Below, piece by piece: positions 47,935 through 57,216 of a stretch of 64,000 nt of DNA (position 1 is its first letter; each line of letters opens with the position of its first letter). The notes beneath the pieces are model-generated. The model was not told the origin of the DNA. It did no database searches and saw nothing but the letters and a program-made list of their open reading frames with translations. The DNA comes from a virus. The stretch spans positions 23,118 to 87,117 of the IMG/VR virus record IMGVR_UViG_3300036760_000069; one strand, written 5' to 3'. The position numbers and the translations under genes were made by a program.

Positions 47935-48843
47935 CTAGATAATGACATAGGTCGCACCCGTGGGAGCCTGCGTCGTCGCCGTAAAGGTCAACTTATCAGT
48001 CGCCGGGTCGAACCCCGTGATTTCGGTTGCTTGCAACGTAATGACGGACGTGAAGAGGATGATCCGCCCCTTCCACCAGTCCGTGTCCGCCTGTGTCAGG
48101 CCGGAGTCGATCAGTGTGGTGGTGGTCGCCGCGCCCGTCACCGCGCCGGAGTAGACCACCGCCGCTCCGTTCAGAATCGCCAGCGTCGCCGCCGCCGCCG
48201 CAACGCCATTAATACGAAGCACATTGCTGTCCAGCACGTTCGCCACCGTGAACGTCAGCTTGTCCGTCTGCGTCTTAATCGCCGACACCTCGGTATCGAC
48301 AAAATCATCGACCGCCGTAATCATGGCCGGGACATCGCCCGGCGTTTGGAGTGTTCCGCCCACGTGCAGGGTATCCGCCTTGATGTTGCCGTCGGCGGTC
48401 AGCGCGGCCGGGAGGCGTGCCTGAATATCCGCAATTTCGGTGTCCACAAAATTATCCACGGCATCGATCAGCGTCTTGAGCGCCCCAAGCCCGTCGGTTG
48501 CGTTCGCCAAGTCCACCGCCGCGGCCGAGGTTTGAATCGTGAACTGCCCCACGACTTCCCCGACAACCGATACCCCACCAACTGTCCCGGTAGAAATATA
48601 GAGGCTGTAGCTTTTCCCAACCTCGTAGCCGTTCGCAGCGGTGGCGACAACCGTAGCTTGATTGAGTCCCGTGACCGAGGCGCGGTCCACGCTGACGCTC
48701 ACACCAGCCGTAATCGGCGTGGCGTTATTCGACTCCAACACAGACAGCACCGGCGTCCCCGCGAGCGTTGTTGGGACTCCGGTCGAGAATGCCCGCGTGG
48801 TAAAGTTGAGATAGATCGTATCCTCAAGCGTGATATCTCTCAT
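47935..48843 (-). CDS. putative virion fibre/decoration protein
   Basis: Thr/Ala/Val-rich; repeated AVDxFVDTE; structural context. Confidence 0.6.
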   Translation of the reverse strand: MRDITLEDTIYLNFTTRAFSTGVPTTLAGTPVLSVLESNNATPITAGVSVSVDRASVTGLNQATVVATAANGYEVGKSYSLYISTGTVGGVSVVGEVVGQFTIQTSAAAVDLANATDGLGALKTLIDAVDNFVDTEIADIQARLPAALTADGNIKADTLHVGGTLQTPGDVPAMITAVDDFVDTEVSAIKTQTDKLTFTVANVLDSNVLRINGVAAAAATLAILNGAAVVYSGAVTGAATTTTLIDSGLTQADTDWWKGRIILFTSVITLQATEITGFDPATDKLTFTATTQAPTGATYVII

Positions 48844-49898
48844 GCCGCCAACCCTCCATGCCCGGCCAGGCGCAGGCCCCCGCCCCCGCCCGTCTCAACC
48901 CCATCGAAGATCGGCCAAATGTCCATGACCCGAGTCGTCGTGTCGGCCCAGGCCCCCGCGCCCGTCTTCGTCGTCATGTAGTACTCGATCCCTCCATCCA
49001 CAAAGGCGAGGTCGGCGTTGGCCTGCACCTCACGGTACGCCATCTGCACATTCGATGCTTCCGTGGCCTCGGCCACCACGCGATAGAGCGTACCGGCCGC
49101 CAGCGTGACGCCAGGAGGAAACGTGTGACGAAAAGGAGCTGCCCCCGCACCGGATTTCATATCCTTATCGAACGTCGGCGACGTAATGAGGTCCGTGTCG
49201 CTCCCGTCGTACAGATGGAATTTCCAGTTCCCCGCATACGTGGTAAAGTGCCGGAACCCGATCCCGATGCACCGCTTCTGGATCGCCAGCTTGAACCGAT
49301 TGCCCATCTGGTTCAGCCCGCTGCTGATCGCGTTTTGCGTCGCGGTATCGACAAACGGGAAGCCCGGATTGACCGGATAGGTCACCCCATCGATCACGAC
49401 GGCGAACGACGCATGACGGGTGGAGACCGCCCTCGTTGGGACCTCCAGAATCGAATACGGATGCCCTACCACGATCATCGTGTTGGGGCTGTAGAGCGTC
49501 ATGTTCCCGAAACTGGTCGCCGGATTGACGACCCTGATGCCGAGATTATCTCCCGCCGTCACCGCAGCCGCCGCCGTCAGCGTGGCGGTGATGATCACCT
49601 TATCGTTCGCGGTATTTTGCGTGTGCGCGGCATTCGTATTGGCGGCGACGAGCGTGCCGTCAGGCAGGCCGTCCGTCACTCCCACATTTTCCAACCGCAC
49701 GTCCACCGGGTTCGCCCCCGCCGTCACCGTCGCCTGCACCCCAAACTTGATCGCCGTGAGCGAGCCTGTGACCGGCGCTTTGAACACGCACCCGGCGGCT
49801 TCGCTCGCGCCATCCAAGACCGCGCCCATGCCGGTCCCGCTATGGATAGACTCCTGGTTCAGGTAATCAATCTGTGCGCCTAAAGCGACAATGCTCAT
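48840..49898 (-). CDS. putative virion beta-sandwich (receptor-binding?) protein
   Basis: Beta-rich; Gly linker and short C-terminal tag. Confidence 0.55.
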   Translation of the reverse strand: MSIVALGAQIDYLNQESIHSGTGMGAVLDGASEAAGCVFKAPVTGSLTAIKFGVQATVTAGANPVDVRLENVGVTDGLPDGTLVAANTNAAHTQNTANDKVIITATLTAAAAVTAGDNLGIRVVNPATSFGNMTLYSPNTMIVVGHPYSILEVPTRAVSTRHASFAVVIDGVTYPVNPGFPFVDTATQNAISSGLNQMGNRFKLAIQKRCIGIGFRHFTTYAGNWKFHLYDGSDTDLITSPTFDKDMKSGAGAAPFRHTFPPGVTLAAGTLYRVVAEATEASNVQMAYREVQANADLAFVDGGIEYYMTTKTGAGAWADTTTRVMDIWPIFDGVETGGGGGLRLAGHGGLAA

Positions 49899-49902
49899 GC
49901 CT

Positions 49903-50142
49903 CTACTCCGTGTACGTCCGGCTCTCGATGGCCGTCTTCATCGCCGCAAAGGTTTTCGCGCCGTCTGTTTTTGCCGCGAGCCGCATCGTGATTTTCAGCC
50001 ACGATTGAATGTCGTCATCGGTAATCGGCTCGCGGAGCTCGCTCCACGCCACGTCCTCGCGGCGCACTCCCGCGAGGGCCGACCACTCAACCGTGAGGTG
50101 CTCGCCCCCCGCGCACCGGCTCAGAATGCGGATCGTCGCCAT
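49903..50142 (-). CDS. hypothetical protein
   Basis: Compact ORF in the operon. Confidence 0.65.
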   Translation of the reverse strand: MATIRILSRCAGGEHLTVEWSALAGVRREDVAWSELREPITDDDIQSWLKITMRLAAKTDGAKTFAAMKTAIESRTYTE

Positions 50143-50146
50143 CAGC

Positions 50147-50524
50147 TCACCGTATCTGCGAAAACGTCCGCCGCATGAGCAGCTTGCCCGTCATGGAGGT
50201 CGTCCCATCCCCCGCGCTCACCCGCGGGCGGATTTTATAGACCAGCTCCGTCACCGTTTCACATTTCCCAGCGGTCGTAAGCGACAGCGCATTGCCCTGC
50301 GGGTCCGTCAGCGTCCCCCAGGTCGTCTCCGTGGTCTCCAGCGTACCCTCAAACACCATCGCCCCCGGACCGGGTGTGCCGATCATCTGCACGGTCCGGT
50401 CGGCCATGTGCGCGTGAATCACCGGCTGCCCGTCGTCGCCGGCCTGCATGTTCGGCCAGGTAAAGATGATCAGCTCGCCCTGAATCCGGCCGACCCGCTG
50501 CTCGGCGTAGGCAATCGTCGCCAT
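50147..50524 (-). CDS. putative small virion structural protein
   Basis: TW..M..GDDGQP..ADRTVQ..G....EG...W..LTDPQG...IRP. Confidence 0.65.
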   Translation of the reverse strand: MATIAYAEQRVGRIQGELIIFTWPNMQAGDDGQPVIHAHMADRTVQMIGTPGPGAMVFEGTLETTETTWGTLTDPQGNALSLTTAGKCETVTELVYKIRPRVSAGDGTTSMTGKLLMRRTFSQIR

Positions 50525-50895
50525 CAGCCTTCAAGCACGATCTGATCGCTGCTGCCGTGGTGCTGGTCGCCGCCGTAGAGTACCTCCGCCGTGTCCTGCT
50601 TCTTCGCGGCTGCGGACGGCTCCAGCGCCATGTCCGTAATCTGCAACTCCAGCGAGCGATACAACTCGTCCCCGCGCTGCGAGGCCGAGACGGATTTGAC
50701 TTCCACGCTGGCCATGAGCATCATCGTCTGCCCCACGGTCGGCAGCGCCGGCAGGCCCAACTTCTCCAGCGCGTCGTCGTCCACGGTCAGGCACAGGCCC
50801 CACGGATAGCTCGGCGCGTCCGGCCCCGTCACCAAGGACGGCTGCGCGTACTCCTTCTGCTCCGCCGGCGACATCTTCATGCTCTTGAGTTCCAT
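50524..50895 (-). CDS. capsid staple-like protein (block A)
   Basis: YPWGLCLTVDDDALEKLGL..LP.VG...LELQITDM...AEVLYG. Confidence 0.7.
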   Translation of the reverse strand: MELKSMKMSPAEQKEYAQPSLVTGPDAPSYPWGLCLTVDDDALEKLGLPALPTVGQTMMLMASVEVKSVSASQRGDELYRSLELQITDMALEPSAAAKKQDTAEVLYGGDQHHGSSDQIVLEG

Positions 50896-50914
50896 TAGGT
50901 CTCCCTCCGGTGTG

Positions 50915-51235
50915 TTATCCGTGCTCGATCGGGCCGTACTCGACCGCGATGCTCTGCGTGCCGAGGTAGGCCACGCCGTAGCCCCAGAGGTAGTAGAAGC
51001 GCGTCCATCCGCGTAGGGTGGGCGGGATGTCCAGTTCGACACGCCAGGCCCCGGAGAGAATGGTGATATGCCGTTCGAAGCGGAGAATCCGCAGGTTGCA
51101 GAAGTCCGGCGCCGTCACGATGAGCTCGACTTCCGCCGCTTCGTCCGTGCCATAGACCATCCCCCGCACGACACAATCCGTCGCCGATATGGGCATCGCG
51201 CCAGCCAGCCAGAGCGTGAGGAGCAGGCCGATCAC
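50915..51235 (-). CDS. secreted-looking hypothetical protein
   Basis: N-terminal hydrophobic signal; GTGA coupling. Confidence 0.55.
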   Translation of the reverse strand: MIGLLLTLWLAGAMPISATDCVVRGMVYGTDEAAEVELIVTAPDFCNLRILRFERHITILSGAWRVELDIPPTLRGWTRFYYLWGYGVAYLGTQSIAVEYGPIEHG

Positions 51236-51741
51236 CGCCCCGCGCCTTCCTTCTGGATCGCATAGGTCGTCTTGACCCATTCGACTAACGCGGCGTAGCG
51301 GTCCCGGAGGTCGGCGAAGGCGCGGGCGTCCCCGGCATGGGCGCGTAGGACCGTAGCGGCTTCAAGGTCGGCGGCTCCTGCAGCAGTTCCGCCGGCGGGA
51401 CCGGCGGCGGCGGACAGACGGTTCGCGTCGTCCCACACGCGCTCAAACTCACGATCAAGCAGACAGGCAGGATGAGGCGAATCCACATATTTGACGACCT
51501 CCTTTTCGACCGTCTCGGTGATCACTTGCGTCTCGCCCTTCACTCGGATGTACCGCGTCACGACGGATGCCGTGTTCTCTTCCGCCTTGATGACGTTCTC
51601 CGCCGCCTGCACGGCCTGGACGGCAATCGCCGCGTCCCACTCGATCTGCTTCCGATGCTCGCCATAGGCGATCAAGCCCAAACAGAACGCCGCGAACGCC
51701 AGTACGATCAGGCCATACTTGATCAGCGGTCCGTAGCCCAT
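51232..51741 (-). CDS. i-spanin (Rz-like)
   Basis: N-terminal TM; ITETVEKEVVKYV...CLLD. Confidence 0.75.
   Translation of the reverse strand: MGYGPLIKYGLIVLAFAAFCLGLIAYGEHRKQIEWDAAIAVQAVQAAENVIKAEENTASVVTRYIRVKGETQVITETVEKEVVKYVDSPHPACLLDREFERVWDDANRLSAAAGPAGGTAAGAADLEAATVLRAHAGDARAFADLRDRYAALVEWVKTTYAIQKEGAGR
51285..51488 (-). CDS. embedded o-spanin lipoprotein (Rz1-like)
   Basis: LIVSLSA-C lipobox; Pro-rich PPAELLQEPP; AAGGAGG SD inside Rz. Confidence 0.8.
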   Translation of the reverse strand: MWIRLILPVCLIVSLSACGTTRTVCPPPPVPPAELLQEPPTLKPLRSYAPMPGTPAPSPTSGTATPR

Positions 51742-51744
51742 GGC

Positions 51745-51894
51745 CTAGAACAGCTTGCCGACCGCGAACCCCACTACGACGCCCGCGAGGCCCCAGACCA
51801 GCGACCCGCCGTGCGCGGCCATCCAGCCGTTCGCCTCCACCCACTTCTCCCGCGCCTTGTGGTAGTCCGCTTCGATCTTCTCCATGGCCGTCAT
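51745..51894 (-). CDS. small protein with a C-terminal TM (not in ORF track)
   Basis: MTAMEKIEADYHKAREKWVEANGWMAAHGGSLVWGLAGVVVGFAVGKLF; AAAGGAG SD. Confidence 0.6.
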   Translation of the reverse strand: MTAMEKIEADYHKAREKWVEANGWMAAHGGSLVWGLAGVVVGFAVGKLF

Positions 51895-51907
51895 GCGTCG
51901 TCTCCTT

Positions 51908-52018
51908 TCATCGGTGCAGCACCAACAGCACCAGCCCCACGATCACACTCAGCAGACCCGCCGCCAGGCTCACTGCCGCTACCTTGCCGTCCGTCGTCAG
52001 CTCGCGCCAGCGCGTCAT
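51908..52018 (-). CDS. small TM peptide
   Basis: GGGAGG SD; TAATG coupling. Confidence 0.5.
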   Translation of the reverse strand: MTRWRELTTDGKVAAVSLAAGLLSVIVGLVLLVLHR

Positions 52019-52536
52019 TACGCCTCCCTCGTGATCGGCGGCAGCAGCGTTCTGTAATTCAGCGCTTGGAAGTGGCACGGATCGAAGCTCGCGTACTCGT
52101 CCCCGGGCCGGTCCGGGCGGGGATGCCCCAGCGCGTCGATCCCGCACATCTCTGCAATTCCCCACATCGTCGTGATCGTCCCGGTCCAGTTAGGGTGATC
52201 CTGGGACATCAGCGCATGCCCGTTCAGCGGGTACACGTCCCCCGCCAGACCGAACGGATGCGGCCCCTTGCCGGAGCCGGGAGGCACCTGCGTGACCACC
52301 AGCTTGGGCGCGTACACCGTCCACGCATGCGGATCTGACGAATCCTCCCCGACCGGACAGTGCCGCCCGATCTTCCAGACCTCCCACTCCCGATCGCGGT
52401 CCCGGACCGTGTCGCCCAGCGCGAACGGGATGCCCGCCAGGTCCAGGTTGTCGAGGAACATCTCGAACGGAACGCGAAAGCCTTGGGCGAGCCGCGCCGT
52501 TTTCTCGGCATACCCTGGCTGGGCTCGCCAGTTCAC
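52018..52536 (-). CDS. M15-family peptidase endolysin (cassette A)
   Basis: HPFGLAGDV and FDPCHFQ Zn-ligand motifs. Confidence 0.8.
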   Translation of the reverse strand: MNWRAQPGYAEKTARLAQGFRVPFEMFLDNLDLAGIPFALGDTVRDRDREWEVWKIGRHCPVGEDSSDPHAWTVYAPKLVVTQVPPGSGKGPHPFGLAGDVYPLNGHALMSQDHPNWTGTITTMWGIAEMCGIDALGHPRPDRPGDEYASFDPCHFQALNYRTLLPPITREA

Positions 52537-52925
52537 GGCTTGACCTCCGGCACCGACACCGGATCAGCCGGCGCATCGATGCCGAGCAGCTTACACACCC
52601 ACCGCGTGATGATCTTGGAGCCCAGCTCCTCGATCTGAAAGATCAGCCGCCCGCCCATGTGTCCGGCCACGGCCACCAAGGCCGACGTGAGCGCCGGCTT
52701 CATCCCGGCGGCGTCGCACAGAAAGAACGTGACCATGCCCGCAAAGATCGCAATCGCGCACTCCGCCGTGAACTCGATCAGCGACACCCGATCAATGATG
52801 CCGCGCTTCAGCTTCTGGATGTAGGACACCACGTTCCCGAGCACGCTCAGGAAGATCACCCACAGCCACGCCGCAATGCCGTAGCCGGTCGTCGTTTTGA
52901 TGCTGTCGAATACCTGTAGGTCCAT
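52533..52925 (-). CDS. holin (cassette A)
   Basis: Three hydrophobic segments; FAGMVTFFLC...AVAGHMGGR; AAGGAG SD. Confidence 0.8.
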   Translation of the reverse strand: MDLQVFDSIKTTTGYGIAAWLWVIFLSVLGNVVSYIQKLKRGIIDRVSLIEFTAECAIAIFAGMVTFFLCDAAGMKPALTSALVAVAGHMGGRLIFQIEELGSKIITRWVCKLLGIDAPADPVSVPEVKP

Positions 52926-52996
52926 CACGTCTCCTTGTCCAACCGAGGAGGGGACGCGGCCTGATTGCCGCGCCCCCGAGCGCATCCGCTCGCCGC

Positions 52997-53932
52997 TTAG
53001 GTAATGACCGTGACGAGCGTCGAGCCCGTCCCACCCCCGATGGTCGCCGTGTAGTTGTTCACGATCTCCGCATGTGAGGTCGTGGCAAAGCCATCGACGA
53101 GCAGCGTGACCAGCACGCCCTTGTGGCAGTTCCTGAACACCACCCCCGCAATGACCGTCGTGCCGGACCCGGTGAAGCAGGCCGTCATGGCCGTGCCGCC
53201 GCACGTCGCCAGGTCGCCGTCCACCACCAGCTCGTCGATCGCGGCCAGATTGACCGCCGACGCCCAGGTGCCCGCATTCACATGGTAGTGGTTGTTCTTG
53301 AGCTTGCCGTTCAGCATGACGCCCGCGATGTCCAGCGCCGCGCCCTGCGCCCCGTCAGACAGGGCGTAGTTACACTCGAACAGCAGGTTGTCGATGGCCG
53401 CCCCCGACAACGTCACGAACCCCGCCGTGGCGATGTTCACGACCGGCGTGGCGAGATCGATATGACAGCCCTTGACCGTGAGCCCGTCCGCCGTGGCCGT
53501 GAAGTCTGCAAACGACTTCGCCGTAATCGGCACACAGGTCAGCCCGTAGAAATTCATGTCCGCGCCGGTGATGTTGAACGCCTCGTCCGCCGCCGGTCCG
53601 ACGATGATGCTGGTGGGCTTGCGCACCCACTCGCCCATCCAGGCCTCCGAGCCCCAGATCGTGATCCGGTCCTTGCTCGCCGCGATCGAGGCCGTGGGCG
53701 TGTGCGTCCCCGGCCAGATCACCATGTGATCCCCGCGCCCGCTCACCATGTCCGCATACGCCAGGTCGATCGTCGCGTAGGCGTTCCGGTGCAGGGTCCG
53801 GATGAACGTGATGTGCGTGGCCGACGCGCCCGGGTAGACGTGGAACACTTCCCCCATGACATTATGGGAGCGCCCCGCCAGCTTCTCCCGCTTCATCTGT
53901 TCCCGAATGTACCGCTCTCGAATGGAAGCCAT
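52997..53932 (-). CDS. putative beta-helix virion protein
   Basis: YATIDLA....GRGD.MVIWPGTH pectin-lyase-like start. Confidence 0.6.
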   Translation of the reverse strand: MASIRERYIREQMKREKLAGRSHNVMGEVFHVYPGASATHITFIRTLHRNAYATIDLAYADMVSGRGDHMVIWPGTHTPTASIAASKDRITIWGSEAWMGEWVRKPTSIIVGPAADEAFNITGADMNFYGLTCVPITAKSFADFTATADGLTVKGCHIDLATPVVNIATAGFVTLSGAAIDNLLFECNYALSDGAQGAALDIAGVMLNGKLKNNHYHVNAGTWASAVNLAAIDELVVDGDLATCGGTAMTACFTGSGTTVIAGVVFRNCHKGVLVTLLVDGFATTSHAEIVNNYTATIGGGTGSTLVTVIT

Positions 53933-54002
53933 GGATGGCTCCTTTCTCTAGGGCTGGCGTGAACGAAAGCCCACGCCTTACCGCGCCTAGACGTTGCGCC
54001 CG

Positions 54003-54215
54003 TTAGATGACACTGCGGCCGGCGGTCTTGCCGGCCTTCTTCTTCTCCTGCCCATCCTCGTCGTGTGCGGCACTCGCCTTCTTGGTGGGTGCCTTGCCAT
54101 CAACCCGCTGCATCCACTTCGCACTGAAGTCCTTGTCGGACGCGATCTCGAACACCTCGCCCACCCGCCGCCGCAGCAGCCCGTAGTACCCCAGCTGTAT
54201 CGCTTCGACCTTCAT
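54003..54215 (-). CDS. conserved small phage protein
   Basis: MKVEAIQLGYY...RR.GEVFEI....FSAKWM. Confidence 0.7.
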   Translation of the reverse strand: MKVEAIQLGYYGLLRRRVGEVFEIASDKDFSAKWMQRVDGKAPTKKASAAHDEDGQEKKKAGKTAGRSVI

Positions 54216-54289
54216 ACCGCCCTCCGTGATGAGGGGCGGCGCCACGTCGTTACCTGAGCGGCGCCGCCCCGTCTGGTTGTCCACTCAGG

Positions 54290-54766
54290 CTATCCCGTGA
54301 TGGTGTAGCCCTTGGCATAGGTCGCCGACTTCTGCGCCATCGACAGCGGAATCAGCGCCGCCGTCACCGTGATGGTCGGCGTCGTCCCGGTCGTGTCGTA
54401 CCGAATCCCCAGGTACCGCTCGTCCTCGGAGCGGTCGGTCGGAGGAATCGGAATGTAGAACTGGTAGCCCGCCACCAGCAGATCCGCGTCCTGCGCGGGC
54501 GCGTCCGGCGTCCCCGACTCAAACGTCCGGCGCCCAATGCGTTGCCGCCCCGTCGTCTGCGCGGCGTCCGTGGCGAACTCCACGTCGAACGAATAGTCCT
54601 CGTCGCCGGTCGTCTGATCCGCCGCCACATCGACCGAAAACAGCACCGCCATCGGTTCGCCGGTTCCAATGCAGCGGGCGATTGACAGGTCAATCACGTT
54701 GGTCCCGACGGCATCGGTCGTGACCGCCTGTGCGTCCGAAAACAGTAATTGTGCATCCAAAATCAT
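54290..54766 (-). CDS. capsid cement protein (Bbp16-like)
   Basis: MILDAQLLFSDAQAVT...TNVIDL...RYLGIRY; follows the major capsid gene. Confidence 0.85.
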   Translation of the reverse strand: MILDAQLLFSDAQAVTTDAVGTNVIDLSIARCIGTGEPMAVLFSVDVAADQTTGDEDYSFDVEFATDAAQTTGRQRIGRRTFESGTPDAPAQDADLLVAGYQFYIPIPPTDRSEDERYLGIRYDTTGTTPTITVTAALIPLSMAQKSATYAKGYTITG

Positions 54767-54813
54767 GGTCGTGATCCTTTCGTTCGTTCGGTTAAGTCCA
54801 TGGGCCAGCCGCC

Positions 54814-55806
54814 TTAGGTGATGGTTGCTTCCGTCTCCAGAAGCTGATCCACTTTGCGGATCGGAATGCTCCGGAAGGTCGGCGTCATGATCCCGTCCAC
54901 CTGCTCGTAGCGCAGCCCGCCGCCGGCGATCACATCGTCCCGGCGCTGAATGTCCAACATCTGAAAGCACGTCCGATTCATGTAGAACACGGGCATGCCC
55001 AGCTTCATCGTCGGAATGCGATGAATGGCCTTGATCATCAACTCGATCAGGTCCGCCGCCGACACGTCCGCCACGAGGTCGGACACATCGATGTTGGCGA
55101 TCCGCACCACGTACCGCCAGTCGCGGAGCGCGATGCCGCACTTCCACTGCCAGTGGTCCATGTACGCCCGGTAGCGGTTGTTGCTGCCGTCGAACGCGTC
55201 CCCCAGGCCCAGGTCCTCATGCGTGAGGCCCGCCTTGCTCGCCTTCGGATAGATGCCGTGAACGGTGTTCGGTCCCCAGCACGTCAGCCAGATCGAGGAA
55301 TTGTCCGACCCGGACCCGCCACCGCTCAACACATGCGAGCCGTTGGTCGCGCCCGAAATCGCCGAGTACCGGGCCGCCAACCCGACAAACTCCTCCGGTG
55401 CCGCCGCCGCGCCGTAAAACAGCGTCTGTGCCATCTCCTGGTTCATGGCCTCAATGAAGGCCTGCCCCTCCAGCAGCCGGTAGGCCGCCGTGTTGCCGTT
55501 CAGCTCCGCCAGGTCCTTGTCCACCTGGCTCCGGGCCTCCAGCATCCCGCACTGCTCATCGATCTGCGCCGTCGTGGACTTGCTCGACGCCACACCTTGA
55601 TTCAGCAGGCGCCAGGTGGCCGACGGCAGGCCCGTCCGCACGGTCGTCCGGTGGCCGGTCGGCAGATTGCCCTCCAGCCAGCGCATGTCCGTCAGGACCT
55701 CGTTGGTCTGTGAGAGCAGTTCTGCCACGCGGGCGGGCCTGCCATCCGGGTCCCAGGTTTTGGCGATGTCCGCCAGGGTGGGTAAAGAACTTCCAATCGT
55801 CGCCAT
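54814..55806 (-). CDS. major capsid protein (BPP-1-like)
   Basis: EGNLPTGHRTTVRTGLP..TWR..NQG; DWRYVVRIANID. Confidence 0.93.
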   Translation of the reverse strand: MATIGSSLPTLADIAKTWDPDGRPARVAELLSQTNEVLTDMRWLEGNLPTGHRTTVRTGLPSATWRLLNQGVASSKSTTAQIDEQCGMLEARSQVDKDLAELNGNTAAYRLLEGQAFIEAMNQEMAQTLFYGAAAAPEEFVGLAARYSAISGATNGSHVLSGGGSGSDNSSIWLTCWGPNTVHGIYPKASKAGLTHEDLGLGDAFDGSNNRYRAYMDHWQWKCGIALRDWRYVVRIANIDVSDLVADVSAADLIELMIKAIHRIPTMKLGMPVFYMNRTCFQMLDIQRRDDVIAGGGLRYEQVDGIMTPTFRSIPIRKVDQLLETEATIT

Positions 55807-55898
55807 GTCGTGTCTCCTTCGTTGGAATCCCAAGGAGGCATGGAGGCGACGAGGCGTGAAGCGAGGTCGTCTGCGAGCTTAGGGTGTGAGTGAACTGT

Positions 55899-56012
55899 TT
55901 AGTCGGTCGTCTTCAGTCTCCGTTGGTCGTCCAGCCACTCTTCCCATGCCGAGAGCATGCCCTTCAGCAGGCGGATCAGCTTCTCGTGCAGGGTGATGGT
56001 GGCTGGGGTCAT
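55899..56012 (-). CDS. 37-aa peptide between scaffold and capsid genes (not in ORF track)
   Basis: MTPATITLHEKLIRLLKGMLSAWEEWLDDQRRLKTTD; ATGA coupling. Confidence 0.55.
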   Translation of the reverse strand: MTPATITLHEKLIRLLKGMLSAWEEWLDDQRRLKTTD

Positions 56013-56689
56013 TCTGCTTTCTTCTCGTGCTCGCCGTACAGCACATCGGCGGTCGATTTCCTGGCCGGCCCGCCCCCGTCCGCGCCCGGCCGGACCATCG
56101 TGTCGTCGCCCATGGCTCGCCCGATGCGGGCAAACCCCCGCACCAGCTCGGGATGATTCCCGAACCCGGTGTCACTCAGCGCCTTCTTGAACGCCGGTGT
56201 GAAGAACCTATCGATGGGCTTCGCGGCGTCCTTGATCGTGGCGGCGAACTTGTCGCCGCCCATCTCGGGATCAGCCTTCACCACCTCGACCCAGCCCTTC
56301 GTCGTGGCCGCAAACGCCACCTGTTGCTCCTGCACAAACGTCTGCACTTCGGCGCTCACCTGCTCGACCGCCTTCTGCGCGTGCTCTTGCGACAGGCCGC
56401 TGGCCGTGGCCGCGTCCGTCATCCGCTTGAGTGCGTCAGGCGAGAGCTGAGAGCCCTCCGGAAGCGTCAAGGTCAAGGGCACCGGAGCCGCAGCCGGAGC
56501 CGCGGGCGGGGCCTCACCTGACGCCGGAGGGGCCGATGCCGCCGGAGCGGGCGGCGAAGTCACTGCCGGAACGACTACCGGAGCGGCGGCAGCCGGAGGA
56601 GCCGGAACTGCGCCTGGAACCGGAGCCGGTGGGACAGGCGCGGCTGCGGGTACGGGTGGTGCCGCAGGCGCCGTGGGTGTCTCAGTCAT
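56009..56689 (-). CDS. capsid scaffolding protein
   Basis: Pro/Ala-rich N-terminus; DPEMGG, TGFGNHPELVR, ADVLYG. Confidence 0.82.
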   Translation of the reverse strand: MTETPTAPAAPPVPAAAPVPPAPVPGAVPAPPAAAAPVVVPAVTSPPAPAASAPPASGEAPPAAPAAAPVPLTLTLPEGSQLSPDALKRMTDAATASGLSQEHAQKAVEQVSAEVQTFVQEQQVAFAATTKGWVEVVKADPEMGGDKFAATIKDAAKPIDRFFTPAFKKALSDTGFGNHPELVRGFARIGRAMGDDTMVRPGADGGGPARKSTADVLYGEHEKKAE

Positions 56690-56707
56690 CGCGTCATCCT
56701 TTCGTGA

Positions 56708-57037
56708 TTACGACGAGGGCTGCTTGGCCTCGTCCTGTTGTGCTTCCGTGGCCATCGTCATGTACGCCGACGGGTCCGCCTCCATCACGTCCGCCAGCAG
56801 CGTGAGGCCCATCTGCCGCTTGCCCTCATTCCAAAAGACCACGGACCCACTCTGATGAAACGAGGACCGGAACACGCCCGCCTCCGAGAGATACCGCCAC
56901 ACGAACCGGCGCCCCTCCCGATCCGTGAGGACGTGGAGGAGGTCGCGCAGTTCCGTTTGTCGCGTGAGCTTGGCCCGCTCGCCTGCCTTCTTGACCTGCC
57001 CTGGGTCTGCGGTCTTGCCAACGTGATCCTCCGCCAT
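56708..57037 (-). CDS. Bbp19-like head-region protein
   Basis: EGRRFVWRYL..AGVFRSSF...NEGKRQMGL. Confidence 0.8.
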   Translation of the reverse strand: MAEDHVGKTADPGQVKKAGERAKLTRQTELRDLLHVLTDREGRRFVWRYLSEAGVFRSSFHQSGSVVFWNEGKRQMGLTLLADVMEADPSAYMTMATEAQQDEAKQPSS

Positions 57038-57039
57038 CC

Positions 57040-57216
57040 CTACCTCTTTTTCTTGGGATACTTCGTCATCGTGCGTTCCAGATTGATAACGCGCTTGAAG
57101 ATCACATCTACCCGCTGTTCAATCTTTTCGACCGCTCGCACCACAACTAAGTCGATACAGTCATCGTTCTCATTTTTTCTCGACCCGCATTCTTTGCAAA
57201 ACGTATAGTTACTCAC
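57040..57216 (-). CDS. small low-GC inserted gene (58 aa, not in ORF track)
   Basis: AAGGAGG SD; MSNYTFCKECGSRKNENDDC...KKKR. Confidence 0.6.
   Translation of the reverse strand: MSNYTFCKECGSRKNENDDCIDLVVVRAVEKIEQRVDVIFKRVINLERTMTKYPKKKR

Noticed and set aside
54290-55147. Programmed frameshift fusing capsid and cement proteins
   Set aside because: The cement frame is open upstream, but no slippery heptamer is evident, the extension reads like shadow sequence, and the gene has its own SD and ATG at 54766
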